Shown here: in pieces, positions 58,754 to 64,000 of the stretch
How the letters are laid out: every line of letters starts with the position of its first letter
Position numbering within the stretch: position 1 is the first letter of the stretch
Virus record (IMG/VR): IMGVR_UViG_3300028888_001628
Span: 1-64,000 of that record
DNA length: 64,000 nucleotides
Origin: a virus
Taxonomy: Duplodnaviria; Caudoviricetes
Reading direction: 5' to 3' (one strand)
The notes under the pieces: generated by a model
The model's database searches: none
Seen by the model: only the letters and a program-made list of their open reading frames with translations
What the model was told of the DNA's origin: nothing
Translations under genes and position numbers: made by a program

Positions 58754-60292
58754 ATGCCAGAAGAAAACGACAAATTAGAATATACTGCAAAAGATTTCGA
58801 GTCATTTGATTCTGTAGATCTTTTGTGCGATAAGATTGAAGATATTAATAAAAATGATGATAATGGCTATACACCTCTATGTGCAGCTATATTATCAAAT
58901 GCAGATCCTTTAATAATCTTATATTTAACACGGGCAGTATTAAATAATAGTCTTATAATAGACAGTTCAATCGACACTAATAACTGTCTTCCTGAGAGAT
59001 ATGATCACTTTTATAACAGTAATGACGAAGAAATTAAGGTAAGTTCTAAAGATGCGTCTATTACAGAAGTGTGTGATAAAGGTAAATCGCCGTTACAAAT
59101 TGCTATAATGTCAGGTAATATACCTGCGATTAATATTCTATTACAGAATAAAAATTACCCCATCTATATAAATGCAGAGCGTAAAAGAGAGTATGACAAT
59201 AAAGAATACTTTTACATCTATTATAAGAAATATGATAGTAATGGTATCCCAGAGTTTGAACCAGATGAGCCAGATACACCTAAGTATTTAAAAATACCTC
59301 TAATGATAGAGTATGTAAATGGCAGACCAAAACCTACTGTACTTTCATCAGATATATTATCTGCATCTTCAAATACAAAATCAGATATTTTAATAGCTTT
59401 ATCTTCAACCTACACTGGGATTTGGCATTATGTAGGTAAAACAAAATATGACAACGAATGTAACATATTTGACTTATATGGAAATACGCCTCTTATATTT
59501 GCAACTAAATATCAGTGCTATGACTCTATTAGATTTATTTTAGACCGCATAGTAGAATCAGGTGACGATCCTATTAATGCTATTGTATATACAAATAAGA
59601 AATTAGGTGATACTGAAGAATCTGCGCTTTCAATAGCACTTAGTAATAATGACAAAGGTGCATTAAGAATCTTCTATGGTTATTATAGTGAAGATAATTT
59701 ATTACGCACTGCTTTTGTAACTGGCTATACTGATATGATAAACGCTCTTCTGTATAATAAGATGCAAGATGCTGCATTTAGCATATTAAAATGGAAAGAT
59801 AGTAACAATAACTTATTTCTTACAAAAAACTATAATACTAATAATTTACTTTCATACATAAATGATAGTTATAACAACTCACTTAATGCAGAGAGCCCAG
59901 TAAAGTATTTCTTTGAATATATCACAGATAGACTAGATACTAATACTAGCACTTTAGATTCTATTTTATCGTTACTGCATATTATTGTAGATTATCATTG
60001 TTACAAATTTGTAGCAGATGATTACATCGAATCTATAGTCGATAATGAAGATGATCTATATAACAGCGTAATGACTGTTATAGAGGATAAGCATGATAGT
60101 ATGCCAAATAATTCGTTTGTATTAGAAAAGTATATAGAGTCTTCTTGTTATTATTTAGTAAAACTTCTAATTCAGAGAAGTATTAATGGTGAAGAATCGT
60201 TTGTATTGAATGATAAAGAATATGGGTATCTTGCTAACTGCGATGACGAAAGTGTAATAGAGATCTTAAAGGAATTAGCGTATGAGCAATAG
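58754..60292 (+). CDS. Ankyrin-repeat protein with inserts
   Basis: GYTPLCAAI, GKSPLQIAI, GNTPLIFAT, ESALSIAL. Confidence 0.8.
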   Translation: MPEENDKLEYTAKDFESFDSVDLLCDKIEDINKNDDNGYTPLCAAILSNADPLIILYLTRAVLNNSLIIDSSIDTNNCLPERYDHFYNSNDEEIKVSSKDASITEVCDKGKSPLQIAIMSGNIPAINILLQNKNYPIYINAERKREYDNKEYFYIYYKKYDSNGIPEFEPDEPDTPKYLKIPLMIEYVNGRPKPTVLSSDILSASSNTKSDILIALSSTYTGIWHYVGKTKYDNECNIFDLYGNTPLIFATKYQCYDSIRFILDRIVESGDDPINAIVYTNKKLGDTEESALSIALSNNDKGALRIFYGYYSEDNLLRTAFVTGYTDMINALLYNKMQDAAFSILKWKDSNNNLFLTKNYNTNNLLSYINDSYNNSLNAESPVKYFFEYITDRLDTNTSTLDSILSLLHIIVDYHCYKFVADDYIESIVDNEDDLYNSVMTVIEDKHDSMPNNSFVLEKYIESSCYYLVKLLIQRSINGEESFVLNDKEYGYLANCDDESVIEILKELAYEQ

Positions 60293-62624
60293 TCTTAATA
60301 ATTCCGTAATTAATTTTTATGTTAATCGTAATCTTATAAATATATTAGCATATCTTATAAAAGAAAATAGTATTTCTGCTGATACTGTAGTTAATAGCAT
60401 TTATGAGAAATATAGTGTTGCTTCACGTGAAGATAAAGAACGGTTATCGTCATTATATATAAAGTATGATTTATCAGTTTTAGTAGAAAGAATTCTTTAT
60501 GAGTGTGCAGACTATGATACAGTAGATCGTATGTATGCATTAGTTAAAGAATCAAATAATGCAACTATTAACGATAGTATAGACGCTTACTTAAGCATTA
60601 CTAACTTGTCAAACTTTATAGCAGAAAAACCACATATAGCTGCTTTTATATTCTTAAATGTGGAAGAATCACATTTTTCAGATTTAGATGGTTTTTCAAT
60701 TTCAGATGAAGCATTTCTTAATTCAGTAGTTAGTAACTATAATGACTCAAAACACAGTAACTTACTAAACTACTTAATAGAAAATAATAGTACTATTATA
60801 AAGAATCTTTGGAAGAAAGACATTCAATTCAATGACAATCAGATAAAGCTATTGAATAATAGTACTGAATATAATCATAATATTTCAGATACAGACATAG
60901 TAAATAATATAAATAGACATATAGACCGCTATATAAAGTGCGTAAGCGATAAGATTATTGCTGATCTATATTCACACAATAGATTAGTCTACAGTTCTTA
61001 CACAGCAATCGATAATTGCTATAATGATTCTATATTAGAAATATTTAGAAATAATTATGTTACTGTGACACCGTCCACTTACAGTAGCTCTTTACTTAGA
61101 AAGATAAACGACTATAATCTAGTACACTTGTTTTCATATCTTAAATCACATGATACATTCTCTGAATCAGAATTAAACTACTTAATTGGAAGATCAGATT
61201 GCAATAGTAACATCAAGTCACTTATATTATGCAGCTACACAACAGTAGAAGACATTGATAGAGATTCTAATTATCAGTTATATCTTGAAGTATTTAAATC
61301 AACTGTTTATAGTGACTTTGTATATAATATAATAAATAATTATTCGTATTCTTCAGATGAAATAGACTCGCTGGAAGATTTTGCGTTAGATATAGCGCTG
61401 TGTGTTAGTAACAATGACTTGCATGAAATATTTGACTATGCAATAAACAATAATATGCACAATCTTTTAAGTTGTCTTCTATATGAAAGAGAATTAAATG
61501 AAACAGATTATATTGAGATTAAAAACTTAACAAGCAATAATAATTTCAAATCAGCACTCGATAGAAATATTGGGAATGACAAAGTACGAAGCTCATACAA
61601 ATTATTAGAGCATGACTGTTTTGACTTATTCAATTATCTTTTAATGAATTCTTTGGATGATAGTGATTGCTACGGGTTTTTAACGACAGATATAAACTCA
61701 AACTACAAAAGATTTAGAGACTATCTAATTTCATATATAAATGATAATACTAGTTTAATACATTCATACACAGATAGAGGTATCTATAGCGCTCTAATAT
61801 ATGTATTATTTAACGATATTGTGCCTGTAAGTGAATCTTCAATAGATATCTGTACAAACATATATAGTTCTTCAGCCTTCGATTTAACAAGTGAGCTTGA
61901 CTCTATATATGATGTTTGTGATAATAAAGAAAACTGTATATCTGTCATAGCAGACGTACACAAACACAGATGTTTAGTACATAATACATCAGCAGGGTTT
62001 TTAAATTGGGCATACACTATAGCACAGCTTAATGATTACAGTACAGATCAACTTATAAAAGCGGCTGATTATTGTTACAGTGGTACAGTCTCTGATTACG
62101 ATGGAAATATCATAAATGATTACACAGATAGCTTCATTTACAAGCTGTGTGATAATACAGTTTCAATAGGTGTGCGTGGATCAGGGATGATTTATTCAAT
62201 TCCATTCGGTGTTAATAATTACGCAGATCTAAGTTTTTCAGAATCTCTATATGCAGACGTAGATTGGGACGATTTAGTATCTGCAAACAGTTATAGTATA
62301 ATTTCACTTAAGATTATGAATAGCTATGTAACAGTTGATTCCAATGTAAGAACATATATAATAAATAATTGGAAGAAATTTATTCCATATATTACAGAAG
62401 GTTATACACGCGGATGTAAACCTCTTACTAATGTTACTTATGATTACAATTTATTCTTATCATCAGATAACTTTGCAAGTGAAGTAGGACATAGTACAAA
62501 TCAATCTACGTATAGTAATATATTGAACAGTAATTATTACCCAATAACAGTTTGTTATATGCAGTACACAAAACACGTAATAGCTTCTAAAATAACTAAT
62601 ATTTCAGAAAGTGATCTTGTTTAA
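60282..62624 (+). CDS. Large helical-repeat hypothetical protein
   Basis: 780 aa N/S/D/Y-rich; degenerate ankyrin-like units. Confidence 0.65.
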   Translation: MSNSLNNSVINFYVNRNLINILAYLIKENSISADTVVNSIYEKYSVASREDKERLSSLYIKYDLSVLVERILYECADYDTVDRMYALVKESNNATINDSIDAYLSITNLSNFIAEKPHIAAFIFLNVEESHFSDLDGFSISDEAFLNSVVSNYNDSKHSNLLNYLIENNSTIIKNLWKKDIQFNDNQIKLLNNSTEYNHNISDTDIVNNINRHIDRYIKCVSDKIIADLYSHNRLVYSSYTAIDNCYNDSILEIFRNNYVTVTPSTYSSSLLRKINDYNLVHLFSYLKSHDTFSESELNYLIGRSDCNSNIKSLILCSYTTVEDIDRDSNYQLYLEVFKSTVYSDFVYNIINNYSYSSDEIDSLEDFALDIALCVSNNDLHEIFDYAINNNMHNLLSCLLYERELNETDYIEIKNLTSNNNFKSALDRNIGNDKVRSSYKLLEHDCFDLFNYLLMNSLDDSDCYGFLTTDINSNYKRFRDYLISYINDNTSLIHSYTDRGIYSALIYVLFNDIVPVSESSIDICTNIYSSSAFDLTSELDSIYDVCDNKENCISVIADVHKHRCLVHNTSAGFLNWAYTIAQLNDYSTDQLIKAADYCYSGTVSDYDGNIINDYTDSFIYKLCDNTVSIGVRGSGMIYSIPFGVNNYADLSFSESLYADVDWDDLVSANSYSIISLKIMNSYVTVDSNVRTYIINNWKKFIPYITEGYTRGCKPLTNVTYDYNLFLSSDNFASEVGHSTNQSTYSNILNSNYYPITVCYMQYTKHVIASKITNISESDLV

Positions 62625-62642
62625 GTCATAGAGAGTTATATC

Positions 62643-64000
62643 ATGAGTTTAAAATCATTTTTTAAAAATCTATTTGGTTTAGGTCAAAAGATAGAAGTAA
62701 TAAAAGACACAACTGACTCACGTGATGATAAGTTAGAGAATTTATTTCTAAATAGAGATAATAACATTCTAACTTCATTACGTGATCTTTCAACTGATCG
62801 TCTCTCAAGAATCAAAGATTATCGTGAAATGATGAAAGACGGTATTACTCTTTCAGCAATCGAGCTTATCTCTGAAGACGCATCTCTGATAGATCAAGAC
62901 ATTGGTTTAGCTGCATGGATTGAGTCTTCAGATAATCCTGACTTTGCTGAAATGATGACAGATTTTCTAAAGAATAAATTACGCATTAACGATATTATTT
63001 ATCCTATTGCGTTTAATATAGTTGCGTTTGGTGAATGTTTTCTTAATACGAATTATTCTAATATAGCGTATCGAAAAGAATACAACGTAGGTGACTTTTT
63101 TACTATTGCTGAACCTGAAGACGTAGTTCATATTTATAGATTCGGTGTTCCATTAGGTTATTTATATAGACCACAAAGTACAGATAAGAATTCTATCGAT
63201 AGTGATAAGTTATTACCTGAGAGATCATTTATTCACTTCATTTCTGATAGAGCTAATCATGATTCTATCTCTGAAGATTCATATATTCAATATGGTGCAT
63301 CTTTTCTTGAGGCTGCAAGGCCTTATTATAAACAGAGACAGCTATTAGACGATCTTTTAATTCTTGCAAGATTAACAAGATCTTCTTTTTATAGACTGTT
63401 TTCTGTAGATGTTGGTGCTGCATCTTCACAAGATACTGCTCGTATGATGAGAGAGTTAAAGACAGCTATTTCATCAAAACAATCTATCAATGTTAGTACA
63501 GAGGTTTTTAGTTCAAGATCTTCACCTATTTTAACAGGTGGTAATGTTTATTTCCCAACTCGTAATGGTCAGGGTGCAGTAACAGTTCAAGAGGTTGGTG
63601 GTGAAGTTAACGTGTCAGCATTAGCTGATATTGATTATTTTGATGATCGCTATTATGGTGCGTTAAAGGTCCCTAAACAATTCTTAGGGCAGTCTGATGA
63701 AGCTCCTGGCGGATTAGGTGATACAACACTAACACAGTTAGACATTCGTTATGCAAGGACAGTAAAACGTTGTCAGCGAATTATTAAATCAGGTTTAAAA
63801 GATTTAATTTATTGGTTCTGCTCAATTCACAATATTCTTCCACCAAACTTTACAGTTGAAATGCCTCGCATATTAACTGCAGAAGACACGAGATTATCAG
63901 ATATTCAAAAGTCAGAAATTGAGGTTACAAATTCTATATTAGAACTTATCAAAGGTGTTGATGAAAACGCGTTAAATAATGCTGACAAAGCAAAGTTAAT
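62643..64000 (+). CDS. Portal protein, T4 gp20-like (3' truncated; absent from ORF track)
   Basis: YREM...SAIELISED, YGASFLEAAR..KQ..LLDD...R..R..F.VDVG, DIDYF...ALKVP. Confidence 0.88.
   Translation, partial: MSLKSFFKNLFGLGQKIEVIKDTTDSRDDKLENLFLNRDNNILTSLRDLSTDRLSRIKDYREMMKDGITLSAIELISEDASLIDQDIGLAAWIESSDNPDFAEMMTDFLKNKLRINDIIYPIAFNIVAFGECFLNTNYSNIAYRKEYNVGDFFTIAEPEDVVHIYRFGVPLGYLYRPQSTDKNSIDSDKLLPERSFIHFISDRANHDSISEDSYIQYGASFLEAARPYYKQRQLLDDLLILARLTRSSFYRLFSVDVGAASSQDTARMMRELKTAISSKQSINVSTEVFSSRSSPILTGGNVYFPTRNGQGAVTVQEVGGEVNVSALADIDYFDDRYYGALKVPKQFLGQSDEAPGGLGDTTLTQLDIRYARTVKRCQRIIKSGLKDLIYWFCSIHNILPPNFTVEMPRILTAEDTRLSDIQKSEIEVTNSILELIKGVDENALNNADKAKL

Noticed and set aside
23114-62017. 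Short antisense ORFs in the track (e.g. 23114, 25261, 36642, 38215, 46794)
   Set aside because: Shadows of well-supported + strand genes
1-64000. Stop-codon reassignment
   Set aside because: Conserved genes are full length in code 11 and TAG/TGA stops sit at gene junctions

Overview
AT-rich, gene-dense 64 kb segment of a large T4-like-head (jumbo-type) tailed phage genome, almost entirely on the + strand, standard genetic code. Core genes: terminase large subunit, T4 gp20-like portal (runs off the right end), tail/baseplate assembly chaperone, endolysin amidase, ATP-dependent ligase, RecA, TOPRIM primase, bacterial-type clamp and clamp-loader subunits, SbcD plus an SbcC split into two distant genes, HU, dNK, deaminase, GlyA and two sigma-like proteins. 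Most notable: (1) a 13-gene locus at 1-11.6 kb joining a C5 methyltransferase, a dCMP-specific thymidylate-synthase homolog and two DNA-type glycosyltransferases to two capsule-like nucleotide-sugar modules, a candidate two-step DNA hypermodification with unusual (possibly ketose) sugars; (2) at least 8 proteins sharing an N-terminal LExRIxxLExxIxE leader, carrying ankyrin, wHTH and ADP-ribosyltransferase-like cargo (candidate virion-packaged effectors); (3) a repeated promoter plus covarying 5' leader hairpin; (4) a predicted +1 frameshift; (5) an anticodon-less tRNA mimic beside a structured RNA candidate and an origin-like repeat region. All calls come from motif recognition by eye; no searches were run.
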